IMG/VR virus record: IMGVR_UViG_3300045988_021641
Length of the DNA stretch: 49,016 bases
Strand: one strand, 5' to 3'
Source: a virus
Part shown: piece by piece, positions 5,460-12,952 of the stretch
Numbering within the stretch: the stretch's first letter is position 1
Layout of the letters: each line of letters opens with the position of its first letter
The notes under the pieces: generated by a model
Told to the model about the DNA's origin: nothing
Databases searched by the model: none
Seen by the model: the letters and a program-made list of their open reading frames with translations, nothing else
Program-made: the position numbers and the translations under genes

Positions 5460-7165
5460 GCAAAGTTACCTCCGATCGACTGGATGTAGCAGGTCTCCGT
5501 AGCAGAGCCGCGGAGTAGCTTGGCCTTAACCTTGACGCCCCACGCTGAGGCCGTCTTGGTCTTGTTTGTGAAGTAGTGCTTCTGGCCGGTGCGGGCCTTC
5601 TGCGTGATGTCCTCCCACGTCGGGTTCGCGTCGTTGCCGTTGTTGCAGATCCAGATCTGGAGCGTGCAGCCGGCCGGGAAATTGCCCTGAATGTTGACGA
5701 GGGCCTTGGTCGGCATGGCGTCGGCCTCCATAGCGAGGGTCTGCTCGAACTCGACGGACGTGACGGCCTTGGTGAAGGTCAGCGCGCGGGTGACGCTGGC
5801 GTCCTTGGCGTCGGTCGCCACGATCTTCAGGGTGTGGCTGCCGTTCACGACCTTCAGCCACGCCTCGGAGCCGATCGTCAGCGTGTTGGTCTGGCCGAGG
5901 GTCACGGTGTAGCTGCGCAGCGTGACGCCGTCCAGCATCTCCACGACGTCGACCTGATGGCCGTCGGCGTCGGTGACGGTGTACTCGTAGGACGGGGCCG
6001 CCGTGCTGAAGCTGCCGAGGGCGCCGTCCGTGCCGCTGATGACGGGCGGTCGGTTATTGGTGACGGTGCGGGTGGCGCTGGTGGTGTACGCGCTCTCCGC
6101 GCCGGCGGCGTCGTATGCCTTGACGCGGTACTGCACGCTCGTCCATCCGTAGGTGATGGTGTCGGTGTAGGTGCGCGCGGATCCTTTGTAGACCTGCGCC
6201 CATGTGCCGCTCCCGACCTTGCGCTCCAGAACGTAGCCGGAGAGGTTGCCGTCGGGGTCGGTGGAGGCCGCCCACGAGATGCGCAGGTTCTCGCCGCCGA
6301 GCACTTCGCTCGGGACAGTGATGGACGACGGCGCTGTGGGCGCCTGATTGTAGATCACTGTATAGCATCCATCCGAGTCGACGGAGTCGGAGATCAGGAG
6401 ATCAGAGGACAGATTACAAGCGGGGCGCAGGCCGCGGCCGCCGTAGTAGGCGTAGTCCCAGTACAGAGTGCCAACGGTGCCGACGAGGCGGGCGTCGCGG
6501 GCCGAGCCGGCATAGGCGTCCCGCAGCCAGTAGTACCACGCGGCACCAGAGCCCGGGTTGCTGGAATAGTTGGAATTGGCGACGCAGGAGGCCGTCACGG
6601 TGGCGATGCGGCTGTTGTTGTCGCTAAAGATCGCCAGCTTGCTGCCGCAGACGTGGTCGCCGCTCAGGCCGACCTCAGTGCAGGACAGGGGGAAGATCTT
6701 GTCCGTGCAGGTCTCCGTCCCGCCGCCGTCTGTGGAGCTCTTGCCGACCGTGATGGTGGTGTTCAGCAGAGCTGCCCGCTCGTTGGCGGTGAAGGCGTTC
6801 AGAAAACCGGCGAGGCCACTGTACGGGTTGACGCCGTTCCAGACGTGGGAGGAGTCCGGCGTCTGGTCTGCGGAGTGCTGTGCGGTGTACCACTGGCCGG
6901 CAGCCGCGGGGCTGTTGAGCCACTGGCGCAGGTTCGAGTAGATGTAGCGGTTGTTGCCGTAGCCGCGGCGGTCGCTGTTGCCGTTACTCGGTTCTGTCGC
7001 GTCGAAGCACAGCATCTTGATGATCTGGTTGGTCACGAGCGTGACGCTGTTGGAGGGGTAGCCTGCGTGGTTCTTATCGGCCACGATCCAGACGATCGGG
7101 CTGCCGTACAGGCTGCCGAACTTGACCTTCGACTTGTTTGCGAGGTTGCTCAGTTTTTGGGCCAT
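5456..7165 (-). CDS. DGR target protein 1 (569 aa): N-terminal DUF6273/CLec-like variable ligand-binding domain, then FN3, Ig-like domain and a C-terminal beta domain; likely tail-associated receptor-binding protein
   Basis: Contains VR1. WYYWLRD...GLRPAC signature. FN3 region ISWAASTDPDGNLSGYVLERK...YRVKAYD. RBS AAAGGAG. Sits in the tail-fibre module next to the RT. Confidence 0.9.
   Translation of the reverse strand: MAQKLSNLANKSKVKFGSLYGSPIVWIVADKNHAGYPSNSVTLVTNQIIKMLCFDATEPSNGNSDRRGYGNNRYIYSNLRQWLNSPAAAGQWYTAQHSADQTPDSSHVWNGVNPYSGLAGFLNAFTANERAALLNTTITVGKSSTDGGGTETCTDKIFPLSCTEVGLSGDHVCGSKLAIFSDNNSRIATVTASCVANSNYSSNPGSGAAWYYWLRDAYAGSARDARLVGTVGTLYWDYAYYGGRGLRPACNLSSDLLISDSVDSDGCYTVIYNQAPTAPSSITVPSEVLGGENLRISWAASTDPDGNLSGYVLERKVGSGTWAQVYKGSARTYTDTITYGWTSVQYRVKAYDAAGAESAYTTSATRTVTNNRPPVISGTDGALGSFSTAAPSYEYTVTDADGHQVDVVEMLDGVTLRSYTVTLGQTNTLTIGSEAWLKVVNGSHTLKIVATDAKDASVTRALTFTKAVTSVEFEQTLAMEADAMPTKALVNIQGNFPAGCTLQIWICNNGNDANPTWEDITQKARTGQKHYFTNKTKTASAWGVKVKAKLLRGSATETCYIQSIGGNFA
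6418..6512 (-). other. DGR variable repeat VR1
   Basis: 95 nt colinear with the TR at 8492..8586. By hand alignment there are 17 mismatches, all where the TR coding strand has A. Encodes AGSARDARLVGTVGTLYWDYAYYGGRGLRPAC. Confidence 0.9.
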
Positions 7166-8297
7166 GAGTTGTGTCTCCTTTCGGTGATGGTTTGAGCTCC
7201 GGGAAATAGCTGAAGAAATAGGCGTCCATGTTCTGCCGCAGGTGGTAGGTGTTGCCGTGTGAGATGTGGCCCGTCCAGCTCGCGTAGGATTGCACGACGC
7301 TGTCGAGTGTCATCTTGCCGGAGTCCACCAGCCCGCGGAACTTGCGGATCTTGCGCTTCATGTTGTCGATGCTCTTGGCTCGCACTTTCCTCACGACCTT
7401 GCCGGTCTGCGTGAGGTAGGTGTGAAAACCGAGGAAGTCGATGCCGTTCTTCAGCGGGAGGATCTGCGTCTTGCCGTTCAGCCGAAGGCCGAGCGGCTTG
7501 ATGTACGCCTCGATCTCCTTGAGTATCTGCCGGAGCAGCAGCTTGTCGCTGTGGATGATGTAGAAGTCGTCCATGTACCTGCCATATACGAGGCCGCGGT
7601 CATCCCTCAGCCAGTGGTCGAAGGCGTCCAGATAGAGCAGCGCGAGCAGTTGGCTCGACTGGTTGCCGATCGGGATGCCGGGGTCTGGCGTGCTGTCGAT
7701 TATGAGCCACAGCAGCCACTCAGCGAAGTCGATCAGCTCGGGATCCTTCAGCCACTTCAGGGCCCGGCGGGCCGTTTCGTAACAGTAGGAATGGAGCAGG
7801 GTGTAAAAGAACTTTGAAAAATCGCCCTTCAGTACCCAGCCGTCGGCGTAGTCCCACTCGTTCATCGGCCGGGGCGGCAGGCCGGCAGCCTTGCGGGCTG
7901 CTTCGTCTGCTGCCTTTCGGCTGAAGAAATAGTGGCGCATAGCCGCAGACAGACGGTCGAGGCCGTCGTGGGTGCCTTTGCCGATCTGGCCGGCGTAGTT
8001 GTCCCGGATGAAGCGCCGGGAGAACGCCGGCTCGAGGACGTTGTCGCAGAGCGAGTGCTGGACGACTTTGCCCTCGAAGTCGATGGCGAGGACGAGCCGC
8101 TCCTTGGGCTCGTACACCTTGAAGGGGTAGTAGGGCCCGAAGGAATAGTCGCGCCGCTGGAGCCTCTCAGAGAGGGCGACGGTGCGCTCGATGGCCTCCA
8201 TGCGGTAGCGCATGGCGGTCGGGTTGTCGCGCTTTCCGCAGCGGGTTTTGCGGTATGCTTTGTAGAGCGCGATGGTGCTGTTTACGATATTCTCCAT
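7074..8297 (-). CDS. DGR reverse transcriptase
   Basis: RT motifs including YMDDFYIIH and the DGR-typical IGNQSSQ motif (IPIGNQSSQLLALLYLD). Start taken at MENIVNST (ATG 8297). The ORF tail overlaps the target gene start by about 90 nt. Confidence 0.92.
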   Translation of the reverse strand: MENIVNSTIALYKAYRKTRCGKRDNPTAMRYRMEAIERTVALSERLQRRDYSFGPYYPFKVYEPKERLVLAIDFEGKVVQHSLCDNVLEPAFSRRFIRDNYAGQIGKGTHDGLDRLSAAMRHYFFSRKAADEAARKAAGLPPRPMNEWDYADGWVLKGDFSKFFYTLLHSYCYETARRALKWLKDPELIDFAEWLLWLIIDSTPDPGIPIGNQSSQLLALLYLDAFDHWLRDDRGLVYGRYMDDFYIIHSDKLLLRQILKEIEAYIKPLGLRLNGKTQILPLKNGIDFLGFHTYLTQTGKVVRKVRAKSIDNMKRKIRKFRGLVDSGKMTLDSVVQSYASWTGHISHGNTYHLRQNMDAYFFSYFPELKPSPKGDTTHGPKTEQPRKQVEGQVRQPVRQPDRLDRGR

Positions 8298-8491
8298 TGA
8301 AAAGTCTCCCCGCCGTGTATAGCTCCGGCCGCGCTTTGCGTGCGCCGCCGGGAGCATCGGCGGTCTTGTGTTTACCCATGACCGGGCCGGTCAGACGGCC
8401 GCGGCTGCGGGAGGGATATGCCTTCCTTGGATGATGGGGCACAGTGTTCGCCGTCCGTCTCCGGGCGGTTAATAAGTCGGGCGATCCATCG

Positions 8492-8586
8492 AAGCGGGGC
8501 GCAGGCCGTTGTTGCCGTTGTAGGCGTTGTTCCTGTTCAGAGTGCCATCGGTGTTGACGTTGCGGGCGTTGTTGGCCGAGCCGGCA
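8492..8586 (-). other. DGR template repeat (TR), part of the TR-spacer RNA upstream of the RT
   Basis: Non-coding position between avd and the RT. In the VR frame it reads AGSANNARNVNTDGTLNRNNAYNGNNGLRPAS, with ten AAC codons. About 25 adenines on the coding strand. The 3' end reads GGCCTGCGCCCCGCTT-C versus -G in both VRs. Confidence 0.9.
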
Positions 8587-8617
8587 CGAAAAAACAAGGC
8601 ATACCCCGAGGGCTGCC

Positions 8618-9016
8618 TCACTGGTGACGCTTCTGCGCGTCCAGCTTGGTGGCCCTCTCTTTATCCGTTTTGTACCATTTGGCGGTCTGGTTCTTCACGC
8701 CGGCCGCCATCTTCGCCCAGTATGCAAAGGCGTCATCGCTGAAGCCACTGAGGATCTCATGCGCGAGCTCGATGTGGTGGATCAGCTTTCGGCAGTTGCG
8801 AAGCGCCGACCGCTGCGCGCGATACCTGAGCTCACGCTCCTCGGGATCCGTCAGGAGCAGATCGTTGGTCTCCATCAGATCGGCGACGAGGTCGCTGGCC
8901 TCGTTCATCATCCTCTGCGCCAGACCGAGTCGCTCCTTCTTCGGGAAAACGGCCGGGTTTCTGGTCTTGATGTAGGTGTGTTTCTCGAGCTCCTTGGCGT
9001 CCGTGATGACCTGCAT
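8618..9016 (-). CDS. avd: Avd-like accessory variability determinant (four-helix-bundle protein, 132 aa)
   Basis: The size, the basic helical character, the FPKKERLGLAQRMMNEASDLVADLMETN motif and the position immediately 5' of the TR all fit Avd. Confidence 0.78.
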   Translation of the reverse strand: MQVITDAKELEKHTYIKTRNPAVFPKKERLGLAQRMMNEASDLVADLMETNDLLLTDPEERELRYRAQRSALRNCRKLIHHIELAHEILSGFSDDAFAYWAKMAAGVKNQTAKWYKTDKERATKLDAQKRHQ

Positions 9017-9029
9017 CTCGGGCAGTTTG

Positions 9030-9287
9030 TCACGGCCGAAGGGCGGGCTGCCTACATTGGCCCGCTCGTATGGCCGCGAGTGTCCGTTGCTTGCCGTAGT
9101 ATCTCACCTCCTCGCCTTTGATTGTGACGCGGGCGCTGCTGCCGTCGTAGGTCTTGCCCTGAATGACGATGACGCCGTCCTCCCGCTTGCAGCAGGAGCA
9201 GGGCAGGGCCAGCTCGACAAACAGGTGCGCGATGATGCAGGAGGCTTCGGCTGGTGGGATCGGGGTGTAGTTGTAGCAGTTTCCCAT
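9030..9287 (-). CDS. Cys-rich hypothetical protein (85 aa)
   Basis: Internal ATG overlaps the stop of the upstream gene (TGATG). Product MGNCYNYTPIPPAEASCIIAHLFVELALPCSCCKRE... No recognisable family. Confidence 0.4.
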   Translation of the reverse strand: MGNCYNYTPIPPAEASCIIAHLFVELALPCSCCKREDGVIVIQGKTYDGSSARVTIKGEEVRYYGKQRTLAAIRAGQCRQPALRP

Positions 9288-9505
9288 CAGCACTCGAGCC
9301 TCCGCTGCCCTGTGTTCCAGATGCCGGATCTCACGGTCAGCCCCTCCAGATCGTCGAATGTGATCTGGAAGGGGTTGCTCGTGATGTCCGTGCAAACGAA
9401 GTCCCACAGGGCGTCGACCTTCACCTTCAGAGCGTTGTCAGCCGCGTCGACATACTCCTTCGTCGTGATGTCCTTCGGGTCGTCGACTGCTCCGTAGTGT
9501 TTCAT
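9287..9505 (-). CDS. Small protein carrying the '...NPF.ITF.DL.G.T...GIWN....RLEC' module (72 aa)
   Basis: The C-terminal 45 aa are paralogous to the C-terminus of the 11537..12286 product. GGAGG RBS. Confidence 0.6.
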   Translation of the reverse strand: MKHYGAVDDPKDITTKEYVDAADNALKVKVDALWDFVCTDITSNPFQITFDDLEGLTVRSGIWNTGQRRLEC

Positions 9506-9517
9506 AGGCCGGCCTCC

Positions 9518-10744
9518 TTACAGTGCGATGCTTGTGATGATGACGAGGATCGGGTTGGAGGGCGCGGCTGCGAGCGTGACCGTGACTTTGCCGTTGGCCG
9601 AGGCCGTGGCGTTCTCGAAAGAGACGTCGCCGATGACCTGCTCCTTGGTGACGCTGTCGATCAGGATCACGCTGAGAATGTAGCCGGTGACGGTGAAGCT
9701 CTTGCTCGCCGCGTCGCTGAGGGTCTGGACGGTCTTGGTGACAGCCTTCGGGATCGCGGGCTTGTTCTTGATGAAGGTGTCACTATTGCCGTCCGTCTCG
9801 TTCCAGTCGCTCTGGACGTTCTTCTCGGCGTCGGCGGGAGCGTGGGCGCTCTGGCTGTGGTCGTATGCCGTCTTGCCGCGGTCGCCGCGGTAGGCGGTGC
9901 TCGCAGTCTCGCCGAGGGCGAGGTCGTTGCCGATGACGGCGTAGGTCGTCCCGCTCCAGCGGTACGTCTTGTTCTGGTACTCGCCTTCGCTCAGGATGAC
10001 GTAGATCTTGTCGGACTCAGGCGTCAGGGCGGCGCCGCCGGAGGTCTTACTCAGCCAGTCAGCACCGAAGGCCGTGGCGCCGGTGCGGATGTAGGCGTCG
10101 ACGACGTCGTCCACATAGCTCGGAAGCTGGTTGGCCGGCACCTTGCCGCCGCTGTCCAGCTCGGCCACGCCGCCGGCTGCGCCCTTTTCCGTTGCGGGGA
10201 TCGCGCCGACGTCAGCGGCAGCGGACGGGATCGTCGGCTTGTCGCTCAGATCCTTATAGCTGCCGGAGAAGGCCACGGTCTTGAGGTCGCTGAAGAACTT
10301 CAGCACCTTGCCGAGCAGGACGCTCAGTTTCTCGCCGGAGACTGGTGCCTCACGCTTGGCTGCTGCCTCGAAGGCGACGGTCACGTTGGAGCCGTCGCCG
10401 TCCGTGTTCAGCTTGCTGGTGTCCTTGGGATGGACGTGGTCGCCGCGCGCGAACGCTGTCTCGGAGCCGACGGCAGCGGTGCCGTTCATCTTCGGTGTGG
10501 TCGTGGATGCGACTGCGCCCTCGGGGACGTCCTCGGCCGTGATGAACTTGCTGTCGTTCTCAAGCTGCGAGATCTTAGTTGGCACAGGGATCCATTTCTC
10601 ACCTGTCCACAGGTACAGCGTCAGGTCGATGCTGTTGAAATAGATCTGGCCGATCTTCGGGTTGGCCGGAGGTGCAGCGAGCGGCTGCATGATGGCGTTT
10701 TGGATCTCGTTCTGTGAGAGATCAATGCTTGTCAGGAATTTCAC
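9518..10744 (-). CDS. Tail fibre protein (408 aa)
   Basis: N-terminus LDLSQNEIQNAIMQPLAAPPANPKIGQIYFNSIDLTLYLWTGEKW is the conserved fibre N-terminal motif. GDHVHP motif. Located in the fibre module. Confidence 0.8.
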   Translation of the reverse strand: MKFLTSIDLSQNEIQNAIMQPLAAPPANPKIGQIYFNSIDLTLYLWTGEKWIPVPTKISQLENDSKFITAEDVPEGAVASTTTPKMNGTAAVGSETAFARGDHVHPKDTSKLNTDGDGSNVTVAFEAAAKREAPVSGEKLSVLLGKVLKFFSDLKTVAFSGSYKDLSDKPTIPSAAADVGAIPATEKGAAGGVAELDSGGKVPANQLPSYVDDVVDAYIRTGATAFGADWLSKTSGGAALTPESDKIYVILSEGEYQNKTYRWSGTTYAVIGNDLALGETASTAYRGDRGKTAYDHSQSAHAPADAEKNVQSDWNETDGNSDTFIKNKPAIPKAVTKTVQTLSDAASKSFTVTGYILSVILIDSVTKEQVIGDVSFENATASANGKVTVTLAAAPSNPILVIITSIAL

Positions 10745-10756
10745 GGGTTTACCTCC

Positions 10757-11158
10757 TTAGTTGAAGTATGCAGTCCCGGAAAAGGCTGCGCAGAAGGTCA
10801 GGCGCACGGTGTTGTCGTCGAGGTAGTCGACCTCCCCGATGACCACAGTGCCGGCGCTGTCGACGACCGTGACGGCGGGCCGCTTTCCGAGGTTGTGGGC
10901 GACTGTCCACACCTTCGCTGCCTGCGCCTGCTTGTGGGTGTGGTGCCTGTCGTCCGTGATGCCGAGCTGCGCCGGCGTCATGTCGCCGATCAGCTCGTGC
11001 CCGTTGATCTTGGGCTTGTTGCGCAGGGCTTCGTAGTTTGAGGCGCTGCCGCCGCCCGTCTCCTTCATGGAGGCGGTCATGGAGGCAGGCGTCTCGGTCA
11101 TCTTCGCCCCGAAGGTCTCCGCGCTGCCAGAGAACGAGGCGTTGAAGTCGACGCTCAC
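10757..11158 (-). CDS. Hypothetical tail-fibre-module protein (133 aa)
   Basis: Well-formed ORF with an RBS, tightly abutting its neighbours. No family recognised. Confidence 0.6.
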   Translation of the reverse strand: MSVDFNASFSGSAETFGAKMTETPASMTASMKETGGGSASNYEALRNKPKINGHELIGDMTPAQLGITDDRHHTHKQAQAAKVWTVAHNLGKRPAVTVVDSAGTVVIGEVDYLDDNTVRLTFCAAFSGTAYFN

Positions 11159-11503
11159 TTAGATGACGCCGTCCTTCAGGATCCGGCTGAGCGGGGCGGT
11201 CATAATGTTGCTCGCAAACGCGCGCCCGTCCTCCGTCCTGCCGCGGATCTGCACCTCCACCTGTTGATCCTCGTCTGGAGACAGAGAGCCGAGCAGCAGC
11301 GTGTCGGCTTGCGTCAGGCTGACGGTGACGACCTTGTCGGTCGCGTCGACGCCCTCGTCCCCGAGGTGCTTGGTGACTTCCACCTGCTTCGGCGGGGCAT
11401 AGGTGGCGAGCTGCTGCGTGCGGAATGTTACCCACATGGTCACGAACTCGCTGACGTCGATGTCACAGTTGATGGTGATGGTTGGTGTGGTGCCTCTATA
11501 CAT
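11159..11503 (-). CDS. Hypothetical tail-fibre-module protein (114 aa)
   Basis: ORF with a GGAGG RBS. The sequence looks beta-rich. No family recognised. Confidence 0.6.
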   Translation of the reverse strand: MYRGTTPTITINCDIDVSEFVTMWVTFRTQQLATYAPPKQVEVTKHLGDEGVDATDKVVTVSLTQADTLLLGSLSPDEDQQVEVQIRGRTEDGRAFASNIMTAPLSRILKDGVI

Positions 11504-11536
11504 GGGCGGCCTCCTTTCTGGCCTTTGGCCGGTAGT

Positions 11537-12286
11537 TTAGCACTCGAGGCGCTGGAGTCCGCTGTTCCAGATGCCGGCCGTCAGGGTGATGCCCGTCAGG
11601 TCTGCAAACGTGATCCGGAAGGGGTTGGTCGTGATCTCGCTGAAAACGGCGTCCCACAGTGTTGCGATCTTGCTGGTGTTCTGGCCGACCGCGTTGCTCA
11701 GGTCATTCACTGACGCCTCGGCGGCCTGTGCGATTGCGATGGCCTGCCGGGCGAGCGCCAGAGCCTCCTCGGCCGTAGCCTGCGCGCCGAGGGCGATGGC
11801 CTTGTAGGTCTCGTAGTCCTCTTTGGTGGCGTAGGCGTCGGCGGGGATGTAGGCGGTCACGTTGGTGGCCGTGCCGATCGCGGTGACGATGTCGATGGTT
11901 TTCTCGACGATGGTGGCGCCGCCGGAGGGCGGGATCCACTCGGCCAGATCGCCGCAGTTGCCGTAGCAGTACAGCACCTCGCCGACCTCGGGATCGGGAT
12001 CTTCGGCATAAAGGCCGAGCTCGCGGTAGTAGAAGCCCTCGGTCTCGTCGCCGTTGGTGAAGATGCCGCCGACGGCCACGGTGCCGTCGCCGTTGATCTT
12101 CAGCTTCGTGATGTCGACGGTCGCCTTCGGGCTGACCACGCCGGTGAGGGTGCGGGGCGTCTGGCCCTCCTCGAGGTAGCCATCGCCGAGGACGATCTTG
12201 GTGTAGTTGATCTTCTGGCCGGCCACGCCCTTCGCCAGAACGATCAGGCCGGCGGTGGTGATGTCGTTGTTGATAAATGCAGCCAT
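11537..12286 (-). CDS. Tail-collar fibre protein (DUF3751-like N-terminus) with C-terminal RLEC module
   Basis: ITTAGLIVLAKGVAGQKINYTKIVLGDG...FYYRELGLYAEDPD...VLYCYGN is typical of P2 gpH-type N-terminal domains. Confidence 0.75.
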   Translation of the reverse strand: MAAFINNDITTAGLIVLAKGVAGQKINYTKIVLGDGYLEEGQTPRTLTGVVSPKATVDITKLKINGDGTVAVGGIFTNGDETEGFYYRELGLYAEDPDPEVGEVLYCYGNCGDLAEWIPPSGGATIVEKTIDIVTAIGTATNVTAYIPADAYATKEDYETYKAIALGAQATAEEALALARQAIAIAQAAEASVNDLSNAVGQNTSKIATLWDAVFSEITTNPFRITFADLTGITLTAGIWNSGLQRLEC

Positions 12287-12301
12287 GTCTATCTCCTTTC
12301 C

Positions 12302-12952
12302 TTAGTCTGAGATGACCGCCGCGTCGGTGCCGATGCTGACGGTCTCGCGGTTGTTGTCGTGGACGACGGCCGCGTGGTAGATGTGGATCTCGTCGCTGCC
12401 CATGACGTGCACCTCTTGGGTGTGATCCCTGACGGCCATGCCGGAATAGAGGAACATTTCGCCGGTCAGGCAGATCAGGATCGCGTCGAGCCACGAGCTG
12501 CGGCGCTTGACCGTCCGCAGCAGCTTCAGGAACAGGTCGAGGTTGCTGTTGACGAGGCTCGGGTTGTCGCTCAGCACCTTGAAGTGATGCGGCTGCCCGC
12601 CGTACTGATACCACTCCCTGACCTCGCCGGTGCCGAAGTAGTCAGCCACGATCTGCTCCACGGCGTAGGGGGTGCCGAGTTTCGCGTAGACGCGGTCGCT
12701 GTTGCGGATGACGGCCCGCTTGGCTGCGATGGGCGCGGTGCTGTCATACCACTGGATGTTCAGCTCCCACGCCATTTCGTCGAGCTCTGCGTCGCTGAGC
12801 TGGTCGATCTTGTCCCACCTGCTCAGGAGCTTCAGGCGTGCATAGGCGTCGCGGCTGATAATGTCGCAGCCGGTGGCGATGCCCTTGTCGCTGCCGTCCT
12901 CCTGCATCCACGCAGGCAGCAGTTTGACCATCTCGGTCTCATTGAGCCGCAT
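12302..12952 (-). CDS. Baseplate/tail protein I (P2 gpI family)
   Basis: LLPAWMQEDGSDKG...LSDAELDEMAWELNIQWYD matches the gpI pattern. It follows gpJ. Confidence 0.8.
   Translation of the reverse strand: MRLNETEMVKLLPAWMQEDGSDKGIATGCDIISRDAYARLKLLSRWDKIDQLSDAELDEMAWELNIQWYDSTAPIAAKRAVIRNSDRVYAKLGTPYAVEQIVADYFGTGEVREWYQYGGQPHHFKVLSDNPSLVNSNLDLFLKLLRTVKRRSSWLDAILICLTGEMFLYSGMAVRDHTQEVHVMGSDEIHIYHAAVVHDNNRETVSIGTDAAVISD

Noticed and set aside
5576-7195. Very long plus-strand ORFs antisense to the real genes. Examples: 5576..7195, 9254..10717, 12359..13471, 19945..21513, 22858..24420, 24561..25637, 27586..29409, 29315..31165, 33864..35597, 41203..42648.
   Set aside because: These are typical shadow ORFs of GC-rich DNA. 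Their translations are Gly/Ala/Arg/Val low-complexity sequence. They have no RBS, and each lies opposite a minus-strand ORF with clear family signatures.
7074-8357. The reverse transcriptase as a retron or group II intron RT.
   Set aside because: An adjacent TR has two A-mismatched VR copies, an Avd-like gene lies upstream, the IGNQSSQ motif is present, and there is no intron RNA domain or maturase/endonuclease extension. All of this points to a DGR.
8167-8627. Track ORFs 8167..8442 (-), 8418..8627 (+) and 8527..8742 (+) in the avd-RT gap.
   Set aside because: They overlap the TR and the TR-RT spacer. The plus-strand one merely mirrors the VR antisense translation (VVGVVPVQSA...). The region is better explained as the non-coding DGR RNA.
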